Virus record (IMG/VR): IMGVR_UViG_3300043028_000007
Coordinates: 67,899 to 131,898 of that record
DNA: 64,000 nt
Strand: one strand, 5' to 3'
Source of the DNA: a virus
The position numbers were made by a program, and so were the translations under genes. Below the pieces are notes generated by a model. That model was not told where the DNA came from. It did not search any database and worked only from the letters and a program-made list of their open reading frames with translations. Below are positions 19,496 to 31,400 of the stretch, piece after piece (position 1 is the first letter of the stretch; every line of letters starts with the position of its first letter).

Positions 19496-19768
19496 TTACT
19501 CCTTTTTATAAAGTTTTCTTAAATAAATTTTTGTAATATAAGACTCTTGTAAATCTTCTTTAGAACTCGTCTTTATCCAATAATCTTTACAAGATTTACC
19601 GTGTTGTTCAGTTGAAGTAAACCTTAGTCTTCTTATCATAGGTATGTTGTTTTTACAGATAGTTTTTAGATAACCTCTAGAAACTAAATCGGTTGGTTCA
19701 ACTATCTCATCGTTTTCCATTAGACGACATACCCAACATACACCATTTAACGAGACCTCTATTTCCAT
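19496..19768 (-). CDS. hypothetical protein
   Basis: 90-aa ORF with an AGGAG RBS, directly downstream of an early-promoter motif. Confidence 0.7.
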   Translation of the reverse strand: MEIEVSLNGVCWVCRLMENDEIVEPTDLVSRGYLKTICKNNIPMIRRLRFTSTEQHGKSCKDYWIKTSSKEDLQESYITKIYLRKLYKKE

Positions 19769-19812
19769 AACGACTCCTTTTATAATCGAGTTATTATAAT
19801 TCTTATCAATAT

Positions 19813-19830
19813 AGTAATATATATTTGAAA
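19813..19830 (-). promoter_or_regulatory. phiKZ-type early promoter (TATATTAC)
   Basis: The minus strand reads TTTCAAATATATATTACT. The motif recurs upstream of several minus-strand genes. Confidence 0.7.
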
Positions 19831-19840
19831 TAAAATAGAA

Positions 19841-19872
19841 TATAAGAGTAGGGATTTCTCCCTACTCTTATA
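19841..19872 (-). terminator. terminator hairpin
   Basis: TATAAGAGTAGGGA-tttc-TCCCTACTCTTATA after the 2285-aa gene. Confidence 0.75.
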
Positions 19873-19882
19873 TGTACCGTAC

Positions 19883-22800
19883 TTATTCTGCTAATAGCCT
19901 AACACCATGTACAGTCATTCCATCTTCCGAATTTATTCTGTACTTTAAAGTAGTATTTTCAACAACTTGCTTATTGGTAGGTATCACTGAACGATTATTT
20001 ATATCAGTGATTGTGTTTCTAGTTCCTTCAAGTATAAGTATACCATCTGGCATGTTTTCAGTTACTTGTTGTACTGGGTTTTTCTCATGCTCATCTAGAT
20101 AATTGAATGCTCTCTCAGCCGCTTGATGGATATCATCGGCTGGCATCCATATATGGTTTTTAGTAAGATAGTTCCATATTCCATCTATCTTTTTGACTAT
20201 CTCTTTCCAAACACCTGTATTATTTACATAAGTAGAATAGGTATCTATATCAGTAGATATGAAAAGATAAGTGTCGTCTAGGTAGTTACCTTTAACATTC
20301 ATTATATTCCACCCATCGGTATTATTGAGTACTATAGAACTAGTCTCTTTTTTCATAAAATCGAACTTAAAGAAACATGGTTCAGATGAATTCATATATT
20401 TTACACCACCGATTACAAATGGCTCATTATCTATATTCAAAAGACAGTGACCATATCTAGGTTCAGTAATCGTTTTATATTTGTTCCATGTTCTTGTAAC
20501 TAGGTTAAAGATATAGATTTTGTTACTTGGTTTCTCATTTTCATCTATACCACCGTAAACTACTAGATAATTGTCGATAATACAAGAACCATGTTTATGT
20601 AATCTAAAAGGAGTTTCAAGAACTTCTTTATTCTGGAAGATAGGTAGATCTTTAAATATCACCATCTTGTTAGAGATACCAGATTGATTCTTGCCACCTA
20701 TGTAATATAATTCGTTATTGTAGATATGGGAAGTACCATATAGAGTATCTGTATCTGTTACAGGATAATCGTTTGTATTACCAGTATCTAAGTTATAAGT
20801 ATATATGTTGGTATGGTTAACAGTCCCATTATTTCCACCTATACTTATAAGTAGATTATTAAATTTAGATATGCTATGGCCATAGTTTTCAGCAGGTCCA
20901 GTAGCGGTTGACCAAGTATCGGAAGCTATATCGTATATTGATATAACCATGCTCGGATTATTATTAGTATCTATACCACCGTAAATGTATACTTTATTGT
21001 CATGTATTAATGACTTAGCATTTCTTAAAGATACAGGGCTCGGTGACAAACTTACCAAATATTCTGTATCTGCATTGTATCTATATAAATTGTTAGTTTC
21101 ATATATGTAAATATCATTATTAATATTACATGAAGTATGGTCTTTAATATCGAAGTATTTCTTTTTATTTGTATGCGAAATATATGGTAAAGATTCATTA
21201 ACTACATAAGGATCGAATATTAAAGGCATTGCATCGTATTTTATGTATATATTGGGTATAATTACTATCTGGTTATTATAAAGTTGGGCTTGTACATTTC
21301 CTCCGCTATAAATAAAATCGTTTAACCGTATCCAACTATCGTTAGTTTTATCGTATTTCAGAGACACTGGGCCTATATATTCCAGAGTCTGAGGAGACCC
21401 GCCAATAACGTATATCTCATCGTTATGTACTACTGAAGCGAAGCTATGATATGCTATTGGTCTGGGCTGTTTAATAGTCCAGCTATCTGTAGGGATATCG
21501 TATTCCCAAAAATCAGCCATATTGGTCTGATTAGGTACGTCCCAAGATGCTATACAGTATATCTTGTTTCCTATACATTCCATTTTATGCCATGATGTAT
21601 GTCCAGGCATATCAGCCAGCCTAGTCCATACTTTAGCCACGACATCAAATCTCCACAGATCAGAGTAGTTGACGGCTTCATATCCTCCAGATAGATAGAT
21701 ATACGATTCGTCTTTGGTTAGGGCATAATGCATCCGATCCGTATTAGACAATTCTATTAATTCGTTACTATTTGGATCGAGTACATAAAATCCTAACCCA
21801 GCTATATATCCATAGAATTTGCCTTGAAATTCTATCCATTCTCGATATGCAGTTCTTAGCCCAGGAATTTCCACATAGGACCATTCTTTAGTAATAAGAT
21901 CCAGTACCCACATTCCTTCCACGTATGGTCTTTCTCCTGTAGATAATTCAATATATCCACCGATAAGATATAGTTTATTATCGTAGATTATTCTTCCTCC
22001 ACGGATCACCATATTTGGTCTAAGAGAAACTTCTTCTAAACCATTTGTAGGAGTAAATTTCATTAAATTGGCGTGCCCTACATTACTATCGACAGCATAA
22101 AAACATCCGCCGTACATGTAAGCAACGTTATCTTTAATAGCTACAGCAGACTGGAATACTTTATCTGCCATATATCCTGTATAAGTAGGCTGTGCTGACC
22201 AAGTATTATTAGCTACGTTATACTTATATGGAATCAAGTTACCATCATTATCAACTGATTCTGTTCCTATATGACCATTTAGTAACCAGATATCATTATT
22301 TAAAACTACCAAATCGCCCCACCAGTTATCAGCTAACATATCTGCTAGTCTAGTCCAGGTATCTGTATTTGGATCATAACTAAGTAGCTTCTTATATCCG
22401 CCTATATATCCTCCAGCTACATATATTTTATTATCGTATGTAGTCGAACACATCATGTATCCAGGACCTTCTGGACAATCGTTTTTCTGTACCCATGATT
22501 TTGTAGCTATATCGTATTCCCACACTTCAGCGGTATAAGTAGTTCCAAGGTTCCTACCAAAGAGTATATAAAGCTTGCCATTCAGTATATTTTGAACCAT
22601 ACCGTATTTGGATATAGAAGGAGTATTTTCAACTTCCCATGTATCAGTAGCTATATCGTATATCTGTAACTTATTGTGACTATCTGTTCCTTGAGCTGTA
22701 TAACGATTGCCTCCAAAAGTATATATCTTACCATCATAATAATTCATTTTAGTAGAATAACAAGGTATAGGTAAGTCTTCTAAATAGGTTATCTTAAATG

Positions 22801-25800
22801 TAGTTAAATCCATTTTGAAGAATCGGCTTATAAGAACCGGATCATCCATAGGATTGCTTCCTGTACCTATATAAATATCATTTCCGACTATAATCGCATT
22901 CGGGTCTACTATAGCCGTACGTTCTATATCGGTCAAATATATGGCTTTATCGTTAGTATTGATGGCAGCAGTCGATTGTACGAAATTATCTATAGTTGTA
23001 ATTTCTCTAAAGAAATCTTCGTTAGTTATATCTGATTCGGGTATGTCTGATAAATCATACAGATGAATACCGTTGTCTTTATCTAATATATATAGATCTG
23101 TATTATCCTGTGTAATTTGTTTAATATCGATAGGGACCATATTAAACTTATTCCAACTATCAAAAGTAGTGTCATATTTATCTATAGTACCACATTTAAG
23201 ATTAATAGCGAGTATGTTATTTTTAATAACAAAATCTTTACTAGGCTCAGTATTCGGCCTATCTGCCAAGCTTATCCAGGTATTGTCTACAAGATCGTAT
23301 CTATAAATATCTGATAGTAGTCCGGAATTAGTCTTGCCTCCACTAACTATTAGATTATTCTTAAGAACATTAAGACTGCCCTTGTATCTTGATACGATAG
23401 AGTCAGATAACTGAACCCATGTATTAGTAGATATCGTATACTTCCAAGTGTCTTTGGCTGGACCACTGTTGGTATACCCCGCATGTAAATAAATAACATC
23501 ATCATTTATAGCCATACAAGTACCATATCTGGCAGAAGGTCCTATGGCTAGTTCAGTCCATGTATCTGTAATCGGATTATATTTTCTAAACAGATTAAGA
23601 GCATTGCCTTCTTTATCTATACCACCGAATACAAATAGTTCGGTACCATTAGATATCGAAGAGTGTTTGATAATAGGACCTATGTCAGTGCCCTTAGTCC
23701 ACGCTTTAGTAGGTATATGGTATTTATGTAGATAACCAATTTTTCTGGAGTCATTGTAACGACCACCACAACATACTAAACTATCTCCTACTTTAGATAT
23801 AGTACAGTCTTTAGGTAAATCCCTTTTAGTAAGTTGGACCATTTTACCATAATTGATTTCTCTTTCTTTAACAAATACCTTGTCATAAACGAGAGGGTAT
23901 GTATTGAATTCATTGTCTTTGCTTCTACCGCCGAATACAATGATCTTATTATCTTTGACAGATAGAGTCAAAGCTGCCCTACCTTTGTCTAGTTTTTTGA
24001 CAACGATTATCTTTCCTGTAGCAGGATCATATTCATATATATCGTCCATATAATCAGAAGAAGTTACACCGTAGCCGCCACCAAAATATATTTTATCATT
24101 CAATGTAACTGCATCCATATTCATTAAATCATAAATACCAGATACTTCTGACCAAGTATTTGTATCTGTATTATAGATACGGATAGTATTATGGGTTTCA
24201 CTAGTACTAGTTGTGGATACTTTAGTTGTTCCGCCGATAATATACATTTTATTTCCGATAACTGCGGCAGCATGTAAATTAGACGGGCTTAAACCATTGG
24301 CTAACTGAGTCCATGCTTTAGTATTGGTATTGAATACCCAGGTATCGTTGAAAACTGTATCGCCATTTGTACCACCGTACATATATATTTTACCACCTAT
24401 AGCTACTGTGGTATGTCTATACCTAGCTGGTGGTGAAACCACTGGAGTTATATCTGACCAAGTATTAGTTTTTCTATCATATGACCAAACGTTTTTATAT
24501 ACTAGACTGTTAACAGAATACATGCCATGAAATACGTATAGTATCTGATTCACTACAGCTGAAGAAGCATATGTTCTCTCATAAGGCATGTTGGCTAATG
24601 CACCCAAATATTGTTCATTTTCTATATCGTATTCATGGAATCCTAGTTGGTTATTTTGTCCACCACATACTACTAAATTACCATAAAGAATTTCAGCTAC
24701 ATGAGCATATCTGTCTTGTGTTGGATTAGTAGGACAGCTAGTCGGCAAAACTACCAATTCTTCTGTACCTATATATTCGATATTAGATTCTTCACATTCA
24801 TTATTGAAATTGTATCTCCAAACTTCTGGACTATGTCTATTCTCATTATTTCCAGATAATGAATATATGGAATTTCCAAATTGACACATAGAAAAACTAT
24901 TTCTAGTTTTACTTTCTCCTACGTTGATCCATTTTTTAATTGACGGATCATATTTATATATGTTATTGTTTGTAATATTGAATACATAAAAAATACCAAA
25001 TATATTAAAGAGCCAATTTTGTTCATGTCCTTCTGGTAGATTATCGATAAGTAGCCAATTTTCAGTTACCGGATTATATTTATAAAACTCTGTATAATAA
25101 CCAGAAGATCCGCCAGTGCCACCTAATATATAGAGTTCATTTTCATATACACAACTACCAGCTCGTATATTCCCTTCTGGAAAAGGACCGTCGTCTAACT
25201 GAGTCCAAGTATAGTCTACCAATGAACATTTCCAAAAGTCATTAGTAACTCCACTTATACCAGTAGTATATCCGCCATAGATATATAAGTCGTCGCCTAT
25301 TATTCCTCCGGCAAGCAGATATTTGTATTTAGGAGCAACTTTATCTTCCCATGTATCGGTTATTGTATCGTAAATAGTAAACGTATTATATGACATGGCT
25401 ATTATCTTAGACTTATAAGAAAATAATGTAGCACCAGCGCGTATTAGTTTAGAACTTAATTCGTTTATTTCTTTGGTAACAGGATTATAACTATAGAAAG
25501 AATCGTGATAAGTATTGTCCTCTTCCTGACCACCTGTAAAATAAATGAGACCATCGTTTTCCACAGAGTTTAGATAATTTCTTCTAAACAAAATATCCGT
25601 CAAAGTAGCTGAGAAATTATGAGACTCTATTTTATCGTTGGTATAAAACTTCCTTATACTAGATACGGTATAGTTGCCTATAGGAGCAGATGTAATAGAG
25701 ACATCGTCTATATTAGTCCCATCATTCTTTATGTCCAGTATAGTACATAACTCTACGCCATTATTCAGATAAACCACAGACCCTATTATATCTCTCATAA

Positions 25801-26740
25801 CCGGTTGATCAAAATTAGCTTTACCAGTATTGAGAATAGATATATTTGTAATGTTTCCTTTTAAATCTTCATAACCAAGGTCATCTCTTAATTGTTTATT
25901 GTCTACAATAAGTTTCTTATCGAATTCCACATTACCTACATATGCAGTAACGTCATCTTCAGGAAGAAAACTAATTTCAGTCAGTTCAGTAGTATACCAA
26001 TTTATTCCATCTTTACTAACCTCAAGTACATCATTTAGATTGATATATTTGGCTTTAGATCCTCTTAAAAAGATATTTACTTTTGGCACATCCCCTGACT
26101 TCTCTAATAATGAGGTAGATGTAAGTATAGTTTTCCCATCATTAGGATGTATTTCTCCCGGTATAGATACATCTATATTAGATTCAGTAGTATCGATGTA
26201 CTTTAAATTATTATATTCGTCCATAAAGCTATCTGATAAAGCTACACCACTTCTCACATTCTTTTCAGCGTCTTTAAGTGTAAGATATGAGATTATATCC
26301 TGATCTGCTTTACTAAGACCTTTAATCTCATTGACCTTCTCATTTACTTCTAACGAAGTATAATAATCGTCATCGTGAGTATGATTTATATCCGCTTTCT
26401 CCAAAAGAGATGTTTCGAAGTCAGTTAAACTAACCGCATTATTAGCACTGAATGTAGCCAAAGCAAATTTGCCATTTTGTATAATAACGACTTTACCATC
26501 ATCTTCTCCAGAGATAGGTTCAGGTATATTAGTAAATACTTTTTGAGCTCCTTTAAGGTTATTACTATTAAGCAATGTAAGACAGTCAACATATGGAGCC
26601 TCGCCATTACCTAATTTTATATTTCCTGTATCTAGAGCATGGACTAACATACCATTAGGTATATTGGCACTGTTATTTGTCCAATGTGTTTCTGTTCCTC
26701 CTTGAACCTGTACGATGCCATTTGTTTTTTTATAAGACAT
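19883..26740 (-). CDS. giant Kelch-repeat tail fibre/appendage protein
   Basis: N-terminal GTETHW...GMLVHALDTGNIKLGNG..Y (Mtd_N/hyaluronidase-N-like fibre domain), then roughly 30 Kelch repeats (IY.FGG...YD..T.TW) between about aa 380 and 2130. Confidence 0.85.
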   Translation of the reverse strand: MSYKKTNGIVQVQGGTETHWTNNSANIPNGMLVHALDTGNIKLGNGEAPYVDCLTLLNSNNLKGAQKVFTNIPEPISGEDDGKVVIIQNGKFALATFSANNAVSLTDFETSLLEKADINHTHDDDYYTSLEVNEKVNEIKGLSKADQDIISYLTLKDAEKNVRSGVALSDSFMDEYNNLKYIDTTESNIDVSIPGEIHPNDGKTILTSTSLLEKSGDVPKVNIFLRGSKAKYINLNDVLEVSKDGINWYTTELTEISFLPEDDVTAYVGNVEFDKKLIVDNKQLRDDLGYEDLKGNITNISILNTGKANFDQPVMRDIIGSVVYLNNGVELCTILDIKNDGTNIDDVSITSAPIGNYTVSSIRKFYTNDKIESHNFSATLTDILFRRNYLNSVENDGLIYFTGGQEEDNTYHDSFYSYNPVTKEINELSSKLIRAGATLFSYKSKIIAMSYNTFTIYDTITDTWEDKVAPKYKYLLAGGIIGDDLYIYGGYTTGISGVTNDFWKCSLVDYTWTQLDDGPFPEGNIRAGSCVYENELYILGGTGGSSGYYTEFYKYNPVTENWLLIDNLPEGHEQNWLFNIFGIFYVFNITNNNIYKYDPSIKKWINVGESKTRNSFSMCQFGNSIYSLSGNNENRHSPEVWRYNFNNECEESNIEYIGTEELVVLPTSCPTNPTQDRYAHVAEILYGNLVVCGGQNNQLGFHEYDIENEQYLGALANMPYERTYASSAVVNQILYVFHGMYSVNSLVYKNVWSYDRKTNTWSDITPVVSPPARYRHTTVAIGGKIYMYGGTNGDTVFNDTWVFNTNTKAWTQLANGLSPSNLHAAAVIGNKMYIIGGTTKVSTTSTSETHNTIRIYNTDTNTWSEVSGIYDLMNMDAVTLNDKIYFGGGYGVTSSDYMDDIYEYDPATGKIIVVKKLDKGRAALTLSVKDNKIIVFGGRSKDNEFNTYPLVYDKVFVKEREINYGKMVQLTKRDLPKDCTISKVGDSLVCCGGRYNDSRKIGYLHKYHIPTKAWTKGTDIGPIIKHSSISNGTELFVFGGIDKEGNALNLFRKYNPITDTWTELAIGPSARYGTCMAINDDVIYLHAGYTNSGPAKDTWKYTISTNTWVQLSDSIVSRYKGSLNVLKNNLIVSGGKTNSGLLSDIYRYDLVDNTWISLADRPNTEPSKDFVIKNNILAINLKCGTIDKYDTTFDSWNKFNMVPIDIKQITQDNTDLYILDKDNGIHLYDLSDIPESDITNEDFFREITTIDNFVQSTAAINTNDKAIYLTDIERTAIVDPNAIIVGNDIYIGTGSNPMDDPVLISRFFKMDLTTFKITYLEDLPIPCYSTKMNYYDGKIYTFGGNRYTAQGTDSHNKLQIYDIATDTWEVENTPSISKYGMVQNILNGKLYILFGRNLGTTYTAEVWEYDIATKSWVQKNDCPEGPGYMMCSTTYDNKIYVAGGYIGGYKKLLSYDPNTDTWTRLADMLADNWWGDLVVLNNDIWLLNGHIGTESVDNDGNLIPYKYNVANNTWSAQPTYTGYMADKVFQSAVAIKDNVAYMYGGCFYAVDSNVGHANLMKFTPTNGLEEVSLRPNMVIRGGRIIYDNKLYLIGGYIELSTGERPYVEGMWVLDLITKEWSYVEIPGLRTAYREWIEFQGKFYGYIAGLGFYVLDPNSNELIELSNTDRMHYALTKDESYIYLSGGYEAVNYSDLWRFDVVAKVWTRLADMPGHTSWHKMECIGNKIYCIASWDVPNQTNMADFWEYDIPTDSWTIKQPRPIAYHSFASVVHNDEIYVIGGSPQTLEYIGPVSLKYDKTNDSWIRLNDFIYSGGNVQAQLYNNQIVIIPNIYIKYDAMPLIFDPYVVNESLPYISHTNKKKYFDIKDHTSCNINNDIYIYETNNLYRYNADTEYLVSLSPSPVSLRNAKSLIHDNKVYIYGGIDTNNNPSMVISIYDIASDTWSTATGPAENYGHSISKFNNLLISIGGNNGTVNHTNIYTYNLDTGNTNDYPVTDTDTLYGTSHIYNNELYYIGGKNQSGISNKMVIFKDLPIFQNKEVLETPFRLHKHGSCIIDNYLVVYGGIDENEKPSNKIYIFNLVTRTWNKYKTITEPRYGHCLLNIDNEPFVIGGVKYMNSSEPCFFKFDFMKKETSSIVLNNTDGWNIMNVKGNYLDDTYLFISTDIDTYSTYVNNTGVWKEIVKKIDGIWNYLTKNHIWMPADDIHQAAERAFNYLDEHEKNPVQQVTENMPDGILILEGTRNTITDINNRSVIPTNKQVVENTTLKYRINSEDGMTVHGVRLLAE

Positions 26741-26774
26741 TCTTTTTTCTCCTCTGTTTAAAGCAATATTGTAA

Positions 26775-26810
26775 TATATAGGTAGAGACCGTATAGTCTC
26801 TACCTATATA
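26775..26810 (-). terminator. intergenic hairpin
   Basis: TATATAGGTAGAGAC-cgtata-GTCTCTACCTATATA. Confidence 0.65.
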
Positions 26811-26817
26811 TGGGAAA

Positions 26818-28434
26818 CTATCTATTAACTACTCTTACAGATGTTAGACTTATTTCTGCATCGGAGTTGTTAATTAACTTGTATCTAAACTCAGTTCCAT
26901 TAGGTAGTGTAACCACCTCATTTTTCGAGATGTTTATAATATCACCGTATTCGATTATATCCGAACTAGTACTAGGAATAAATACTCCTATACCTGTAAT
27001 ATAACTACCTAGTTCTCTTAAACTGACGCCTTCTAATGTATCGAAGGTCATTTGATTATTAGTACTACTACAAGCTAAGGCTAGAGCTCTGTTAGGATCA
27101 TTGATATCTGAAAGAGCCCAGTCTCCGTTAATGGTCTTGTAGTACCAACTATCGTCATCTAATTTTACTATATTCTTCCAAACCCCATCTTTATATATAA
27201 AGTACTTATCGTCTTTCTTAAAAGCACCTATATGTGGAATGTGGTAATGGAATAGTATCGGATCAGTTACTATAGAAATATCTATAGTAAATGCACATGA
27301 CTGTGCATATGTATTTAACTTACTAACTGTTAAAGTATTTTCATCTAAAGCTAAAGGTATTATTTTCTCTATCTGATAAGCACCAAGTGGTATAGTCCCA
27401 GTAAAAGTAATTTCATCGTCCAATATACCAACGTTATTTACATTGGTAATAGTCAAAGTTATTCCATTGGTAAGTACGATCTTACATCCCAAGCAATTAG
27501 AAATGCCAGAATCTACTTTACCAGATGTATTGGCTGTAGTTACTGTAAATATAGAACTATTTGCCTTATGGTCTTCTAAGGATACGCCAGTTATATTAGG
27601 AGTAGCTCCTATAAGCTCTGTATCATATTTACTAAACCCGGAATAGATACCATTATGATAAACAAGATCAACGAAACTATAGTTTGCTCCATTGTCTCTG
27701 GATACATACAATTCAATATCTGAGTTATATTTAGCTTGATTACCTTTAAGGTAAATTTTAGATATATTTATATTAGTACTAGCATTGAGTATGTCTGATA
27801 CGAGTACATTATTACCCGTAGTATTAGGTATTTTGATACAGGCATTGTCTGTATCTACTACATCCCCATATACGCCGGGACTAAGTTCACTATCTATATA
27901 TCCACCTTCGTTAAAATTATCGATCAGATTACCTTCATTTATTATGGATGGCTGATCGGGAGATTCTAAACGATTTAGAAATACATGAGAGATATAATCC
28001 TGACCTTTTAAATTTTCTAAATTAGGACGACTGATTGTCTCTAATTCAGACTTGGTCATATAGGCCCCATGTTCATGTTCTACTGGCGAATAATTAGGCA
28101 CTAAGGCATCTACCTTGGCTTGGTCAACCAAGTCAGTCGGATACAGATATTCATTAATAACTAATTTACCATTCTGTGCCATCAGCATACGATTAGCTGA
28201 ACTGGTATTGATTGTTGGTAAAAGACTATGTCTATTTATTATATCTTGAAGATTATCAAAATCTATTAACTTGTCAAGGTTTTGGTATTGGTTAATACCA
28301 TCCCCTTTTCTTATTTCATTGAGGTCTTTAGTAAAAACCAACATCTTATCTGGTAAAGGAAGTCTAAAGCTATTGACATCATTACCAGTAGATGAAATAT
28401 ATTCGATTACGGAACTTACTTTGAAATCACTCAT
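26818..28434 (-). CDS. tail fibre/appendage scaffold protein, Kelch-less paralog of both neighbours
   Basis: Shares LVFTKDLNEIRKGDG..Y, HEH..Y.TK.E, VSRDNGANY, IVLTNG, WKNIVK and FRYKLIN blocks with the flanking Kelch proteins. Confidence 0.75.
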   Translation of the reverse strand: MSDFKVSSVIEYISSTGNDVNSFRLPLPDKMLVFTKDLNEIRKGDGINQYQNLDKLIDFDNLQDIINRHSLLPTINTSSANRMLMAQNGKLVINEYLYPTDLVDQAKVDALVPNYSPVEHEHGAYMTKSELETISRPNLENLKGQDYISHVFLNRLESPDQPSIINEGNLIDNFNEGGYIDSELSPGVYGDVVDTDNACIKIPNTTGNNVLVSDILNASTNINISKIYLKGNQAKYNSDIELYVSRDNGANYSFVDLVYHNGIYSGFSKYDTELIGATPNITGVSLEDHKANSSIFTVTTANTSGKVDSGISNCLGCKIVLTNGITLTITNVNNVGILDDEITFTGTIPLGAYQIEKIIPLALDENTLTVSKLNTYAQSCAFTIDISIVTDPILFHYHIPHIGAFKKDDKYFIYKDGVWKNIVKLDDDSWYYKTINGDWALSDINDPNRALALACSSTNNQMTFDTLEGVSLRELGSYITGIGVFIPSTSSDIIEYGDIINISKNEVVTLPNGTEFRYKLINNSDAEISLTSVRVVNR

Positions 28435-28447
28435 GATCTATTATCTC

Positions 28448-31400
28448 CTATTCTTTCCATTTGGCCGAAATACCATGAAGCTGTATGGTGCTATTTGGTT
28501 CATTATTAGTTATCCTTAACTTATAAGTTGAACCAGCTGGTAATACCTCATTTTCTGTATAATAAGGAGCATCTTCTGGAAGATCTATGAGCTGGTCTTC
28601 GTTACCAGTAAATACGAATATAACTTTAGCTAAATTAGTATTGCAATTTAAGGTAATATTGTTTATCTGATCTGTATTAATATGAGAGGTATTGTGATTA
28701 ACTTCTATAGCTTTAATAACCGCTTCTTGAAGTGTATTCTTAATAGGCTGTATAAATGTACCAGAACCATCGTTATATAACCAGTTATTATTTTCATATT
28801 TAACAACTAGTTCTCTAGTACCTGTATCTGTAACTAGATTATATGTTAATCCATTATCTTCACTTAGAAGACAGGGTATATTATTTATATCTGTTCCTGT
28901 AATAGCAGGTAAGATATTACCTAAGCCAGTATAGTCTACTTGTACTATAGATTTAGTTTGTTCGAAATCGAACTGAGGTGTAAAGATACTCAATTTATCA
29001 TTAAGATAATATTGCCCAGTATCTCCACCAAAACCATATGCTAAATTACCATGTGTGAGTATATTGGTATCGACAAGTTGTCCAAGTGTATTTATGAGAT
29101 TATCATCTACGATAGCTTCCCATGTTTCAGTTTTTCTATTATATTTCATAGGAGTAGTATTAGGAGAACCATCTGAGAGAACTCCTCCATATAAGTAGAT
29201 ATTATCTCCTATATTAAATAACTGATGATTAGAGACTTCGAGATTAGGAGATGGTAATTGTTTAGTTGTTAGAGGCTCTAGGTTATAGATAATAGTATCC
29301 TTATTCATAGAAGCTTCATTATCATCATTAATTTTTCTTCCTCCAAAAACATATACTTTATTGTTTATAATTTCATATTTGGCAGAAACGATTTTTTCAT
29401 TTGCTTCACTAATTACTTCCCAGATATTTTCATTTGGAGAAAATCTATATAATTTTTTATTATAAGAATCACTTGAATCTATACCATATCCCATATATAA
29501 ATATTGGTCATCGGCAAATATATTTGTACCTTTTAATTCTTTAGGTGGATAAGCTTTTTCTACAAAACCTAGTTCCGGATTATCTAAATCGTACTCATAT
29601 AAGTTATATAAAGTAGTCAAATCGGTGCTCTGAAATGGCTGAGCATAATAAAAATATAACTTATTACCTATATTACGCACAATAGTGCCGTAATATCGAG
29701 TATGTATATCGGCAAATGGGAGATTGGCTACTACATCTAATGCCCCAGTAACTGGGTTTAGTCTTAATAATTGTAGAGGCTGCGCAGCATGACCATTTAC
29801 TATATATATGTAATTATTTACCGTACAACTATAAGGTAGGTATAAGTAATAAGAACTATATGTCACTACGATACTTGATGTTTGTGTATTAAGATCAAAT
29901 GATACTATATTTTGACAATACCACTCCTTATATCCACCGATTATATATATGACGTTATCATGATAGGATATAGAGTGGCTACGTCTAGGACTACCAATAT
30001 CGTTAATTAAACAAGTCCATTTAGAAGCGGAATTGTATTTCCATAAATCAGATAAAATTTTCGACCCACTGGGGCTAAATAATTGTAAGGTACCAGGTTC
30101 GTTAATGTATTCATGGAAATCAGCTCTAAAATTCGATATAATTGGTAACTTAATGTCTGTAATAGACCATTGGTCATTTATTGTATCATATCTATATATT
30201 TCTCGTCTAGAAGAACCATCATTCGTGTTTAGACCTCCTGCTAAGTATATAAAATCTCCTTTAGAAAATGCTACGCAATTAATCAAAGGTATATTAAGAT
30301 TTGCTCTAACTTGTACTGTATTATTATTTACATTTATACGAACACACTCAGTTCCTGTTAAAAAATATATATAGTCATTGCATTTAACAGAACAAGCTTT
30401 ATGGTATACGCTACTTAATCGATCTATTTGTGTCCATTGATCAGTTATTGTATCGTATATCAATAAATAATTGTTAGGGTGTGTATTTATATATATTTTA
30501 TCATTATAACTATATTTAGCATAAGCTACAAATAGTGATATAGGAGCATTTGTACATCTAGTAAATTGTCCGGTAGAAATTTTATAAATACCGCAGGTAT
30601 TGGTTCCGGAATGAATAAATATCGTATCGGTATCGTGAAAATGTGTCCATACCAAAGCATTATTGATCCAAGATATATCGTATATTTTATCTTCTTTAAC
30701 TGACATAAATTTATCGGTATTTTTATTGTGTTTATAGATAAATATATCAATTGATTGATCTGATGAATTGAACTTATAATTTAATAAAAGAGTTTCAGTT
30801 TCATTAATTTCTTTCATATATTTACAAGCCATACCTTCTGCTGGCAAAGTTCCTATCTTATTCCACTTCCAATTATCGGTATCTAACTCCCAAATATAAT
30901 TAGAACTAAATAATGACTGTCCTCCATGTATATAGATATCATCGTTATTTTTAGTTATACCAAAATTTTGTCTATTATCTACTTTATAAGAAATATAATC
31001 CATATCCGCATTAGTTATATCTATATACCCAATCCCGCTATCTATATAACTATACTTCTTATCGATTCCACCAAACCAATAAAATACTTCGTTATTATTA
31101 ATCAATACAGATCCTTCATTAGCAATGCCATATTCAAGCAAAGACCAACTATCTGAAATAGGATCATATTCTTTTAATTCGTTCTCAGCTCCGATATCTG
31201 TTATACCACCATATATTACAAGCTTGTTGTCTTTAACTAAATAAGAACTATTCGCTTTACCAACTACATCGGATGTTTTTTGTACCTTAGTCTTAGTGAT
31301 AATATCATATTCCCATATTTCAGATAAGTACCCGGAATCATCTCTACCGCCATAAATATATACTTTATCGTTAATAATACCTATAGATATTTCTGTACGA